Assembly (NCBI GenBank): GCA_963693365.1
Contig: CAVNZM010000003.1
Coordinates: forward strand, 1,089,506 to 1,153,505
Origin: Amoebidium appalachense
Lineage: Eukaryota; Protista; Ichthyosporea
Reading direction: 5' to 3'
Length of the DNA: 64,000 bases
In this document: positions 48,330 to 61,484 of the stretch, piece after piece
How the letters are laid out: each line of letters starts with the position of its first letter
Numbering within the stretch: position 1 is the stretch's first letter
Translations under genes and position numbers: made by a program
Notes under the pieces: model-generated
The model's input: only the letters and a program-made list of their open reading frames with translations
Told to the model about the DNA's origin: nothing
The model's database searches: none

Positions 48330-49006
48330 ACCACCACCACCACCGGTCTTTCGTCACTGATGATTTAAACCTTTTTATTTAAGGTTTTAATCAGTACCAC
48401 GGTCTAGTGGTGGTTACCAGCCCCGTGGGACCTACATACCTAGACTGAGTCCGTCAGACAGGCACACACACACACACACACACAGGGGAGGGGGGAGGGC
48501 ACCACCGCTTACACACGCGCACCACCATCGCACACACACACACACATAAACAGGCTACCACCACTTCACACTCACACACGCCACCACCACACACCGCAAA
48601 CTAACAAAGCCAGCCTCATGCCATCTAAGCATGCAACCCTGCCAGGCCCCCGATCTCCCATCCCCCTTCAAAAAAGAAAAATAATAAGAAACACTGAACA
48701 AACAAATTAGTATTTAAAGGTACCACTGCCTAATCAATAGGCTACCCCAACACCAATTGGCCGCCAGTGGATCCGAGTGGCTTCTGTTCGGAATGTTCCA
48801 GCCTGTGCAACTACAGCAGCCTCGTAAGTAACTCTGAAAAAAAATTGAACAAAAGGTGAAATATTATGTTTTTGTTTTAATTTTTCCTGTTAGCCTTACC
48901 CCCGGGGCGCCCGGCCCTCTTCATTTTCTTCGTTTCGAGTTTTCATTAAATTTTCCTACTTTGGCTTTTTCTCCGCTCTCCTGATTCCGTGTTTTCAAGT
49001 CTGGAA

Positions 49007-49044
<38 letters not shown>

Positions 49045-50368
49045 TCAGGGAACTTCAAGCTTGACCGGTTTGGATTAAACAGTGGATGCCCCTGCAACAT
49101 ACGCCCAATTTGATTTTGTGCGTTCGATTTTGATGTCCCACAATCAAACAGACCAAAGTTGGGCTGTCATAGTTGCGCGCCCGGAGAAACTTGGGCTGGG
49201 TGACTCATGAGTCGCATGTTTGCAACCCATCTTTCTGGTTGCATATTCCTCAGCAGCGAGGCCTTGATCACTTGTCGCCCCTTGTGCAGTTGGTTAAAAA
49301 GTGAGAAAGCTTGAAGAATCAGAGCTTCACAGGGTGGAACTCAAACAGTTAAACTTGTATTACAATATGTACTGGTGTGTGTAAGTCGATGTATGTTGGG
49401 TGAGTGTGTGTCCTTTGCACCCACCTTTTCATGGTCAATATATAGTCCCCGTTGGGTTTCAAGCCCATGCATTCTATCAAACCGTTGTAAAGTTAAAGTA
49501 GATAGTTGATGTCTAAGCATGTATTTGTGTGCCCATTTGCAAGCCGTGGTGGGTGCTGTCACTGCAAATAAATGCATATATATGCAACTTGCAGCCTGCC
49601 CCGATATTGCGTCTGTGTGTACTGCATATGCATAGCATTGTCCTGAATCCGCTTATCAGGCTTGAAAATCAAAGCACCAAAAGGAACTTTGAAAATGCAA
49701 GCGAGTTTATTGAGAGATTCGCGTTTGCTCAATTTAAAAAGGGTTTTGGGTCGCCGTCCGCAGGCGGAGGAGAGGGGGAGGGGGGGAGGGGGAGGATGGG
49801 GGGGGAAGGGGGGCCGGGGGAGGGGGGGGAGGGGGGAGGGGGGAGGGGGGAGGGGGGAAGTGGAGGGAGTGCTGTGTGTAGCGGGGCGGGGGGGGGGGGG
49901 GGGGGGGGGGGGGTATGAGGAGACGTTCTGTTTGTGCTCAATCGATTGAAGCAACAAGTCTTAAACGCCCGGTGAGCAACTTGGACGGCCTGCTGTAGCA
50001 CTCCAAAATCCCGGTGTTGTTATTATCGTGCATCGTTTTCTTAGTTTGCACAATATACGGGGGGAGGGGGGGAACCCGGCCCCACCCCCCCCTCCTCCCT
50101 CCCCCCCCCCCATTTTTTTTTGGGGGGGGGGAGGGGGGGAGGGGGATGGATGGGGGGGAAGGGGGGGGTTGAAGCAGCCTTCGTTTTTCCCCCTTGTTGT
50201 TTCTTCACTTCCCCCTCCTCCTGCCCTTTTCCCCTCTCCTCCCCCCCTCCCCCCCCTCTCCCCCTGCTTCTTCACTTGTATCTTCTGCCTTTAGTCTTCG
50301 TCTTCTCTCTCCCTCTTCAATCAGGGAGGGGCTGAAAGTTTGGGGGAAGTGGGGAGGGGGGGGAGGGG

Positions 50369-50404
<36 letters not shown>

Positions 50405-51288
50405 GGAGGGGGGGTCGACGGGCTGGATTCTGAACCCCAATAAATAACCGGTATCATAAGCTCTAAAGGTAGTACTATTTTGTTTACTAGTTTTGTCCTA
50501 TAACGTGGTGCGTTCCACTTGGGGAGGGGATATTATTAAGTAAAATAGCTCAAGTGTGGCCTGTTTGTGCTTCAGGCTATCATGTATATGCCGTCGGAGT
50601 TCGCTTCCGAGATAGTCTTTGAAAACTCAAACTCGCACAATCAGACAGTGGAACAGCTCGGCCTATACTATGGCATGAGATAGTAAGTTGAGCTGGGCTA
50701 TTAGCTGCAGGTACATGGGCACAGGCCTAGTGTGATGGCATATATGTACATATGTTGCAGGGCTCTGCATTTGCACGGAAAGTCCTCAAAAATCGCCTGA
50801 GGCTGAGTTGCTTAAACCTCATGACTTGTGTGATGATTAACAAACATTAATTCGAGTGGTGAGAGAGAGATATATTGGGACAAAAACTGGCTAGTTTGGA
50901 ATGCAAGGCTGTATGTGTTGTACATGTGTCGTGGTGTATGTGACGGTGTGCTTTGAGTGTTCCCCCGTCCTTATGATCAATCCCATTCGGCAATCCGGCA
51001 GGTCGATGCTTTTGCACTTCTCAATCGTCACGAGAGGACCTCTACAACTTACGCACTGTTCAGTTTGAGATCTTTAATTCCCGGTGACCCCGTGTACGAT
51101 AAGTTGGGGAGAGAGCAGGAGAGCGATAGGGAGGGGAAGGGGGAGGGGGAGGGGGGAAGAGGAGGAGGAGGGTGTGGGGGGGACAGAGAAAGCAAGCGGG
51201 AGCGAGCAAGAGCGCGATAGCTCGAGAGAAAGAGAGAGAGAGAGAAGGAGAGAGAGAGAGAGAGAGAGACTCTGAGAGTCTGAGAGAG

Positions 51289-51383
<95 letters not shown>

Positions 51384-52803
51384 CTCCGTACGCGTGGCGA
51401 CATTGTGCGTGCACGTGCGTGTGTGTGTTTGTGTGACATGTGCTGCGGTAGGGACAGGTGAGAGAGTGACGATTGGCATTTCCCTGCTGGGGTTCTACAA
51501 CCAGCGGGCATCCAAGGGATGCATTGACACTGCCAGAGTGCAACTTCATGATTCAAGGCATGGGTTATGGCATTGGAATTCACAGTCCCACAATCAAACT
51601 CAAAATAATCGACAAAAATAATGCATTGAGTGAGCGATATCAGCCGGGCAACCAGACACAAATATGCTCTGCAATATGTGTTGTATAGAGTAGTTGCCAA
51701 AGTAACTTGGGAACCCAAGCTACGTTAAATGGTTGCCCTGCCGTTTGCCGCTAATAACATATTGTGAATTAGCCTTGAAGCATGATGTCATGACGAGAGA
51801 GAACAAGAGTAAATTTATGCAGGAAGAAAAACGAACATACCAAACCCCTCCAAGTTGTGTGTGTTTTAGTACGCACACCATGAAAAGAAAAAAAGAATAA
51901 ATGCACGCACACACAGACCTGCAATAAGCATTTGAGGCAACAGTCATGGGCGTATATTTATTGATTTTTGATTTTATTGAATCATTCTCAATGAGAGCGT
52001 GGAGATAAATGCAGTAAAGTATGCTAGAATACCATTTACGGCATCATAATGTATCACAGTGACACTATTTATATTTTGAAGAGTGCACCTTTGAGATGCA
52101 ACTGTGCAGTAATACCTCAAGTATGCACGTGTGTGTGCGTGTGCGTGTGTGCGTGTGTGTGTGTGTGTGTGTGCGCGCGCGCGTGTGTGTGTCACGTGTG
52201 CAGGCGTGCATGCGTATGTGTGTGCGTGTGTGCGCGCGAGTGTGCGTGCCCATGTGCATGTGTGGCATTGCGTGCATGCAGGTGCGCGTGTCTATCCATA
52301 GCATAGTGCCATTCTCGATTTCAGGCTGCATATTTCAGTGCCTCGGGACGTCACAGCAATGCTAAAACTGCCATTTGAAACTTTCTACTGTTCGTAACCA
52401 TCACTTACAGCTGTAACCTGGTATTGTGGATGCTAGATTCGCTAATATATGCGTATATTTGAAAATCACAAAAACAGGTCAATATTTGATCCCCCCCCCC
52501 CCCCCCCCCCCCCCCTCTTCCCCCCCCCCCCCAAAAAAAACACCACCACCACCCAAAAAAAAATAATAATAAAAAAATAAAAACAATAGTGATATAAGAA
52601 GGCACCGTGTGATACCGGAAGGAGTTTCTTGGGCAGATTTTCGTTCCCCTTTCTGCACTAAACATTTGGTCAGTGGCCTATAGAGCCCCCCCCCCCCCCC
52701 CCCCCCCCCCGCGCGGCTCTCCCACAACACACAAATACAGGTACAAGCACGCGCACACACACCGTGTTACACACAAACACACACGCGCGTTCGCGCCCAG
52801 ACT

Positions 52804-52840
<37 letters not shown>

Positions 52841-52856
52841 ACGCACACACACGCAC

Positions 52857-52890
<34 letters not shown>

Positions 52891-53109
52891 CATTATATCC
52901 CCACAGACACACCATCCACACCGCCGCACAAACCCCACCCGATCTGCCCAGCCATTCCCTTTTTTCTCTGTTCCTTCTTCTATGGATATATGAATGTTAA
53001 GAAACAGACACGCTTTTCTATACCAAACCCCCCTCCCGACCCCCTCCCCCCACCCGACCCTCCCCCTCCCCCCCCCCCCTGTACCTTGCAGCCACACCAC
53101 TACACCCAC

Positions 53110-53549
53110 CTAAGACGTTGAATTATCTGGCAGTGTTCTCCACCTCCGCATGTTGAGGTCAGGTGACGATGACCCTGAGCCAATCATCGGCCTCTTTTCC
53201 TTCTCCTTGTCGGAATTCCGCGATATGATTGGGCTACCGGTAGGGCTACCCAACGGCGAACTGTGATTGGACGAGGTGGATTCCCGCGGGCGGAGCTCGT
53301 CCAATGAAACGGAGGATTGGCGCGCGCGGCGGAATGTGGATGACGTGGACATGGACAAGGGGCGTGGAGAAATGGGTTTCCTTGGTTTGTTGGCGCGGAA
53401 CCTGAGGAGGAGAAAGAGACGTGTAGGGTCTTAGTTTGCAATTCTTGTTAATACAGTTTACCTCCGCCCCCCCCCCCCCCCCCCCTCCCTGGCCGGAACC
53501 CATTTTTTAACCCTAAGATAATGGCCCTCACATTACTTTAGCCCCTCCA

Positions 53550-53584
<35 letters not shown>

Positions 53585-53747
53585 ACACACACACACAAAG
53601 AAAAAATATACTAACATTAGAAACTTGCACAACACCCCACCTTCCTCTCCCAGTTGACCCTTTTCAAAAAGTCAACCCTAACTCCTCCCCTCCCCCCCCC
53701 CCCCCCCCCCCCCCCCCACCTCCACCCCCCTCCACCCCAATGCCTCC

Positions 53748-53789
<42 letters not shown>

Positions 53790-56700
53790 CCACCGCAACC
53801 ATCCACACACTGTCGTGCATAACCTTTGAACACTCACCTGACCACGGTATCAAACATACTCGACGTAGCGCCCCCACCACCCCCCACCGACCCCCTCACA
53901 CTCCTCGAAGACCCAGGCGATGAATGTCTCGATAGGGTCCCCCTCCACTCTGGGTGGGAAATCCCCCCATGGTGACCCCCGACCGGAAGTGGGCCGGCCG
54001 AAAATGGGCCGGTGGTGGGGATTGCACCCGTGGAAGGGGCAGGGGAGAGGGGTGTGTTGCTGTTGATTACGTCCATGGCACGTTGACGCTCGGTGGGGTC
54101 TTTGAAGTAGAGCGTGTGCACAAACACCTGGTAAGTGTGGGGGGGGGGGGGGGGGGGGGGAAGAGGAGAGGGTGGGTGGGTGGGTGGGGGGGGACGAGGG
54201 AGTTTGGGGGGGGGGGGGGGGGGGGGGGGGAGAAGGGGAGCAAGGAAGGAAGTTAGAGTGCGGAACATAATATGAAGCACATTTAAAAGATGAGAAGCAT
54301 GGTAAAGGGTAAATGCAAAAGCAAACATTCATGTATCCAACATCAGCAACGCAACACCTAGTATGCAACATATAGGCAAACCCTTCCCACGGGTGGAAGG
54401 GGGGGGGGGGGGGGGGGGGGATTGGGGGAAGGTAGGGAGAGGGAGGGGGGGAGGCAGGGGAAGGGGGGGGGGGGGAGGGGGGAGCGGGAGGTTAGAAAGT
54501 ATCAAAGAGTGCAGAGTACATTCACGACGGACAACACAATGAAGTTGTTGCAAGAGGATACACGCGCAGAAAATGCATCATAAGTAGAGCCCAAGCTAAG
54601 GCCCACTCTACTTATGATGCATTTTCTGATCATAAAAACCCACCAGAAAACCCTTATCAAGCCACAAAAAAAAAAGAAAGAACAAACCATCGAGCCCCTC
54701 AACACAAGCAATGCCGAAGCCACATAAACCCCCCCATCCCCACACAAACCCACCCAAAAACACACACCTGTGCTCCATCCGCCGACCTCGTCCTTATATG
54801 CGCAGGCACATTTGGCGTATGCAGAGCCACCGATTCCTGCAAATCCTGCAACTGTTTTTTCAGCGCATCGAGGCTCCTAGTTGTCTGTGTGCACTGCCTG
54901 CGTGCCTGCACCTTGTTGATTCCCTTGTAGTGGTCGACTAGTTTTTCGGCTGCCGCGCTGATGCGGCGTTCGATTACAATGGATTTCTTGACTTCTTCGA
55001 TCTGGTGTGTGTGTGTGGGGGGTGGGGGGGGAGGGGGGGTTGCGGGGGACGGGGGGGGGGGGGGGGATGATTGGGGAGGGAGAAGGAGGGGGGTGGGGGA
55101 ACGGGGGTGGGGGAGAGACGGGGGGCGGAGGGGGTGTTGTGTGTGTGGGTTTGTGTGAGGGAGCAGGCGGATGGGAGAGGTGTGTGTGTTTGGGGGGAGG
55201 GGGAGGGGGGATGCGTGTGTTGGGGGGGGGGGGAGGGGGGGGGAGAAGGGGAGGCGGGTAAATGGGGGAGCCGGGGGGGGGGGGGGGGGGGGTGCATGTT
55301 TGCGGTGTATGTGTGCATGTATGAGCACGTGTGGAAAGTGTGTGTGGGCATTTTTCTGTATGTGTGTTTTTGTACGTGTCTGTTTGTCACAGTGCATGTT
55401 TATGCAATGCCATGTGGTCGAGGAAAAGGGTGAGTGCCCCAGAAGCACATAGGGGAAAAGCCAGGGTTGTCAAAGTGTTGTGTTTTTAGGCGATAGGGAT
55501 TGGCTGAGAGGGCAGGTGGGAAAGTGTCTGGGAGGTTTGGTGTGTGATAGTGTGGTAAATGGCCGAAGATAGCGTGATGATGAATGGGGTAGTCCTTTTC
55601 CTTTACCCCCCCCCCCATCCCTACCCCTCCCTCCCTGTAACACCCACAGCCGCCGCCATCATATCAGCCCATAAACCTTCTTGTCTTCACAGACCCTCTT
55701 TCCTCCCTCCATCCCCAATCGGTTTGCTTCTCACACACACCCTATATACTATCACCTCGGCACTTTTCAAGTCTCCCATCCTTCCTCATCGATCAACCCC
55801 CCACCCCCCTCCCATCGCTCACCACAACCATCGAAACACACTGCCCCACCGACATACCCGTCCACCAGACAGTGTGACATAAACCCATCCAAACACCCAC
55901 TCACCTTCGCTTTCACCACTCACCCCTCCCACCCTCAAAAAATCAGCCTTACTCCCCTCCCCTGTCCCCCCATCCCCCCGCCGTCCCCCAACACTCACAC
56001 ACACACACACACCGCAATCCCCCCCCCCCCCCCCCCCCCCCCCGAGACCCTCGCCCTCCGCCCCCCCTCCCCCCCCCCCCCCCCCTTCCACACTACCCCC
56101 CTCCCCCCTCCCCCCTTCCCCCCCCCCTCCCGCCCTCCCTCCCACCCTCCCCCTCCCCTGCCCCACCTACCCCACTACTCCTCCCCTTCCTCCCCCCCTC
56201 CCCACTACCCCTCCCCTCCCCTCCCCTCTCACACTTTCCCCCCCACACACTTATCACCCCCCCCCTCCCACCCCCCTCCCTCCCCCCCCCCTTCCCAGCA
56301 ACCCCTTTCCTTTCCCCACTACCCCTCCCTCCCCCCTCCCTCTCCACTACCCCCCCCCCTCCCCCCCCCCCCCCCCCCCCCCCACCCACCTGTTCCCTTA
56401 ACTCCATCAACGGATCCTCCACCTTCTGTGGTGGCCTTCCAGTCAGCTTATACTCCACAGAACCCGCCAGAAACTCGCTCACGTTCCCCACCGCCGGAGC
56501 AATCAAATTCCTATCGAGCATTTCCTGACACAACACAACTGTGTCTTCCTTGCGATATCCAAACTCGGCCGAGAGCCATGTGATGAGTTCGTCACCGGAG
56601 AAGCAAAGTGTGTGGCTGTTGCCCATGCTGCGGCCCCTGCGGCGTCCGAGGCTTATGACGCGATTGAGTGGGCTGTTGTCTCCGGGTCTGTATGTGTGTG

Positions 56701-56806
56701 TGTGTATGTGTGTGTGTGTGTGTGTATGTGTGTGTGTGTATGTGTGTGTGTATGTGTGTGTGTGTATGTGTGTGTATGGGGTGTGCATGTATGTGTGTGT
56801 GTGTAT

Positions 56807-56837
<31 letters not shown>

Positions 56838-57175
56838 GTAGGTTAGAGTGTGTTGCATGGCACGAGGTACAGATATTCTTCGAACAAAACAATCATGAAA
56901 ACATGCAAAGCAGAAGGAGGTGAGATGGAAGGGGGGAAGCCGCCCGGGGGAGGGGGGGGGGGGGGGCGCTCCCCCATTGCCAATATTCTTGTGCGTGCTT
57001 GTGTGTGTGTGTGTGTGTGTGTGTGTACGTGCGCATGCGCACACGTTGCGTGCCATGTGTGTCTGTGATATGGGGTGTAATTGGGTTTTGCCTTGGCGGC
57101 ACGGGTACGGGGCAAGAAGGCAGAAGGGAAGGATTAAAAGGAAACGAGGACGAATGAACAAGGAGGTTGCACACG

Positions 57176-57220
<45 letters not shown>

Positions 57221-59054
57221 ACGTGTGTGTGTGTGTGGGGGGGGGGTTTGTGCGCCTGTGTGTGTGTGCGAGTGCTTGCATACGTGTGCACCTGCTTGCG
57301 TGCATGATGGGCGTGTTGTTGTGTGTTTGTTTCTTTAGGGGCAAAAAGGAAAGGCGGGAGATGGAGGGGAAGGGGGGAGGGAGGGGGAGGAGAACGGGCA
57401 GAAGCGAATCAACTAGTCGAAGAAAAGATGGCAAGGAAGGAGATGCAACTTGCCGCGCCTCGGCTATGGGCGCTTACCCTCCCCCCCCCCCTCCCCCCCC
57501 CCCCCTCCCCCCCCCTCCCCCCGCCAACTCTTGTCCGTTCTCCGGGCCGCAGAATGTAATGCCGTTACGGTATACAGAAAAAAAGGGGGGGGGAAACTGG
57601 GCACGAAAACTTTTGTATATACCAATGAGTCCAACCTACTACAGAACAGTAAGTAAACAAATAATAAATAATAAACAAATAATAAATAAATAAATAGCCG
57701 TATGCATAACAAGGGCCACCCACTTTTGCTGGCTGTTAGCCTCGTCTATTCTTGCTATGATCGTCTCCACCCCCCTGACCCACTCCTGCATGTCTCTCTC
57801 ATAGGCCACGGTAGACGAACTGCGGTTGCGGCTGACCAGCCACTTGAGGTGGAAGTTGGCCTCCCCGACCAGGTCTGAACTCACTGTTTGCACCTGTATG
57901 AGCACGTGTTAGAGCACGTTGTTGGCACGTGGTTAGCACGGATTCAGCACGTGATAAGTGTATTCATTGCGAGTGGCTATCAAGTGGCTTATCATGATTG
58001 TTTGCACCTGTATGTGTTCGTGGTTAGTGTACTGAGAATCAGTGTGTGTGAGAAAGTGTAATTATTAATGAAAGAGTCCGGTGTGAAAGTTTCTCTCTCT
58101 CTCTCTCTTTCTGTGTGTGTGTGTGTGTGTATGTTGACCGTGTGTTTGAGAGAGTTTCACGTCGGGCATTGAGTAAGTGAGTGAGTAAGGTGCGGCGAGG
58201 ATGTATGTACAGAAGATGTGTTTGTGTGCATGTGTGCATGTGGGGAAAGAGGGGGGAGGGGGGGGGGGGGGGGGTGTTAAAGAAAGGGGAGGGCTCACAT
58301 ACCGATTTTGCGCAAAGCAAGAAGTCGCTAAAGACAAACACTGTTCTTGGCTTCCGCACTTTTCCGTTTTCCTTCCTCACCATCTCGATCGCCTGAATTT
58401 CTGCGATCATTGCACGTTCCGCATTTTCTGGAAGATCTAGATCTTCGAGAAGGAGGAGGAGTTTACTCACACGGTGGCGCACCTGTTTGTGTGTGTGTGT
58501 TTGTGGGGGGGGGGAGGGGGGAGGCGTGGGGGGAGGGGGGGGGGGGGAAGGGGGGGAGGGGAGGGAGGAATATGTAAGTGGTGAGTATGTGTAGTGGTTG
58601 TGTGGGTAAGTGAGATATAGTGAGTGAGCGTGTGTGTGTGTGTGTGTTTGTGTGTGTGTTTGTGTGCGTGTGAATGCGTGGGAGAGAGAGAATGAGTGAT
58701 TGACGAAGAGAGGGAGTAAGTGGTTGGTGGATGGGCGGGTCGGTGATCATGAGTGAGTCAGTAAGTGAGTGTGTGTGTAAGTATCTGTGTGCGCGCGTGC
58801 GTGTGTATGTGCATGTGTGTCTGTGCATGTGTATGTGTGTGTGCGCGCACACCGTGTGCACTACAACTGTGCATGCACACACGTACGTGGCGCGCAAGTG
58901 AATGACTAACTTTTGTCCAAAGGTGAACTTCTTGAGTCAATCTGTTTGTACCACCCGTAGACTCATGTGTTTGGCCGTCCCATCTAAACGGCTCATTCCG
59001 TCTCTTCCCCTCTCAGTCAACCCTTAGTCTTCCTCTCTCTCACCCTCTTCCTCC

Positions 59055-59085
<31 letters not shown>

Positions 59086-59205
59086 GCCGACGCCGCCCAA
59101 AAAAAAAAAGAACCAACCTTCTCCTCCCCTTCCGTCGTCCCCCTTTCCCCCTCTTCCCCCCACAACAAGCTCCTTTGCCAATGTCCTTCGCCTCTCTGTA
59201 CCTTC

Positions 59206-59236
<31 letters not shown>

Positions 59237-59977
59237 AAAAAAAAAAAAAAAATCCATCCACCCCCCCTTCTCTCCGCCCCTCCCACATCCTCCGAAACAT
59301 TAAAACCCACCTCAAGCACGGATTTTGCATCATTGATCGAACTAGCAAGCTTCTTAATCGCCGCGATCGCATCCTGGAGCAGAACGTAATCAGGATGCGA
59401 TTTCACGGTGTGCTTTAGGACGCCGTTCAAAAGTAGCTCGTACCGCGGTATGCGCTGAACGGGCATCATGAGCAAATCTTCGATCGTGAGCGATTGGAGA
59501 TTGGGATCGGTAGATCGCTGCGATCGCACAAAGGCCTTAAACGCAGAATTGGTCTTAAGCAGACTGTTAAAAATATCCATTGCAGAGCTGAAATTCAGGA
59601 CGTATTGTGTGTATAGAGCAGTGAATTGGGGTGCGTATTCGCTGAATATGTCGCCAAGACAACTGTCGTGGTTCCACCTTTTCATGCGCTTGCTGATGGC
59701 CGACGAGAAGGAGGTGTGCACCTTAACGATGGACTGCGCCGGGGGGGGGGAGGGGGGAGGGGGGAGGATGAGTTTGCTGATGTTGATGTGTAGCACAAGG
59801 CCGAAGCCGTATGCAACATAAGGTGGTACGTAAACATTCGACGTGTACAAGTTTGTCGGTGAGCGCACCCCCCCCCCCCCCCGGCTAAGAATGGACACGT
59901 GATACACGGTTTTGTCACGGTTGCCTTACATGGCTAAACGTTGTGAATTTTTCTTGATACCATGCAAACCAGCTTAC

Positions 59978-60012
<35 letters not shown>

Positions 60013-60253
60013 TTTCCCAACAAAAAAAAAAAAAAGAAAAAAAGAAAAGAAAAGAAAAAGCAAAATGGGGGAAAAAAAGCCACTACCACGTTTCTCTCCC
60101 GAAACAAAAAGACTAAGCACACACACACACAGGCTAGACAAGCAAAAGCTGACAAAAAATTGTGGATCTGCCTGTGTGCTCATCCGCTTGCACGGGCGCC
60201 TGTATGTTTGTGTGCATGTGTTTGTGTGGTGGTGGTGAGGGTAGCGGTGGTGG

Positions 60254-60295
<42 letters not shown>

Positions 60296-60301
60296 GGGTG
60301 T

Positions 60302-60332
<31 letters not shown>

Positions 60333-60354
60333 GGGGGGGAAAGGGTGATGGTGG

Positions 60355-60445
<91 letters not shown>

Positions 60446-60901
60446 GTGTGTGCTGGGTGGGTGGGTGGGTGGGTGGGTGGGTGGGTGGGGGGGGGGGGGG
60501 AGGGAGTTCAATACCTGGATATCCTGGAAGATTGAGGTGATAGTCGGCCCATCAATCACCGGCTTGCCCTCACCCACCAAATCCCTTAAGGGCTGCTCAT
60601 ACAGCACGCAAATATACGCAATGTTGGACACGTAAAGTCGCTCATTATCCCGTATTTCCGTGCACAAACCCAGCCGTCTGTGTACGGATTTTGCATATTT
60701 CCGTGCATTTCGCGCCCTCCACACGCTTTGGATGGTAAGGGCTGCCTTTAAGGCTATTTCGGGCATCGGCGGCTCTTTCTGTGCTATTTTTGGTTCAATC
60801 GCGTCTTCTTTGATTGGTTGATTATCAGCTACGTGTATGGCGTCGACACCGTCCGTGATTTGACTGAGGTCCACGGGCACCGGGGATTGTGGTGACTCCA
60901 T
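53110..60901 (-). CDS. Multi-exon Dbl-family RhoGEF with IQ-DH-PH-DEP-HR1-like architecture
   Basis: Exons 60901-60515 (IQSVWRARNARK; EIRDNERLYV), 59733-59311 (LLMMPVQRIPRYELLL), 58482-58303 (VFVFSDFLLCAK), 57893-57724 (MQEWVRGV), 56687-56390 (CFSGDELITWL...CQEMLDRNLI, DEP), 55001-54768 (IERRISAAAEKL, HR1-like), 54127-53838 and 53401-53110. The splice phases checked were consistent. Confidence 0.9.
54250..54602 (-). repeat. Two diverged copies of the intronic repeat core (54250-54392 and 54490-54602)
   Basis: GTTAGAGTGCGGAACA...GATGAGAAGCATGGTA...GCAAACATTC and CATAAGTAGAGCCCA match the 40462 subfamily. Confidence 0.7.
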
Positions 60902-61446
60902 TGTTTTGACCGTGTGCTGTATGAATTTGAACGGGTTGTTAGCAATTTACATGTTCAAGTTGCGGTTTAAATTAGTGTCTAAACATGAGCATACTTGAGC
61001 TGGAAGAGGGGCCAAAAAGGAGTGGGTGGGTGAGTTGATGGGTGAGTTGGGTAGAATGGGGTGTGGGTTGAGGTTTGCACGGGGCGTCGGCGCCGGGGCG
61101 CCGGGGGGGGGGGAGGGGGGTTGGTTGGTTGGTTAAGAGTGCGAGCTACTCGTACGTGTGATTGTGTGCATGTGCTGACGTCCTGAAAGAGGTGAAGTTT
61201 AAGTGAGCCTTTTGTTTGAATGTATGTATGTGTATACGACTGGGCAGCTGGGTGGGTGGATGTAGGAGTCAGTGAGTGTGTAGGTGGGTGGTGGTGGTGG
61301 TGATGGCGGTGGCAGTGATGGTGGGAGAGCGGAGGGAGGAGGAGGGGGGGGGGGGGGGGGGGGGGGAGTCCAGACAGACATATCTCTGAGAACAGATCTA
61401 AGAGACACTTGAACCCAGCACATTCTTCGAGAGGGCGGTGAGGCCG

Positions 61447-61484
<38 letters not shown>

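Noticed and set aside
50770-50900. RNase P/MRP-like words GGAAAGTCC and ACAAAAACTGGCTA
   Set aside because: Spacing is too short, P4 pairing is poor and no other conserved helices were found; probably chance.
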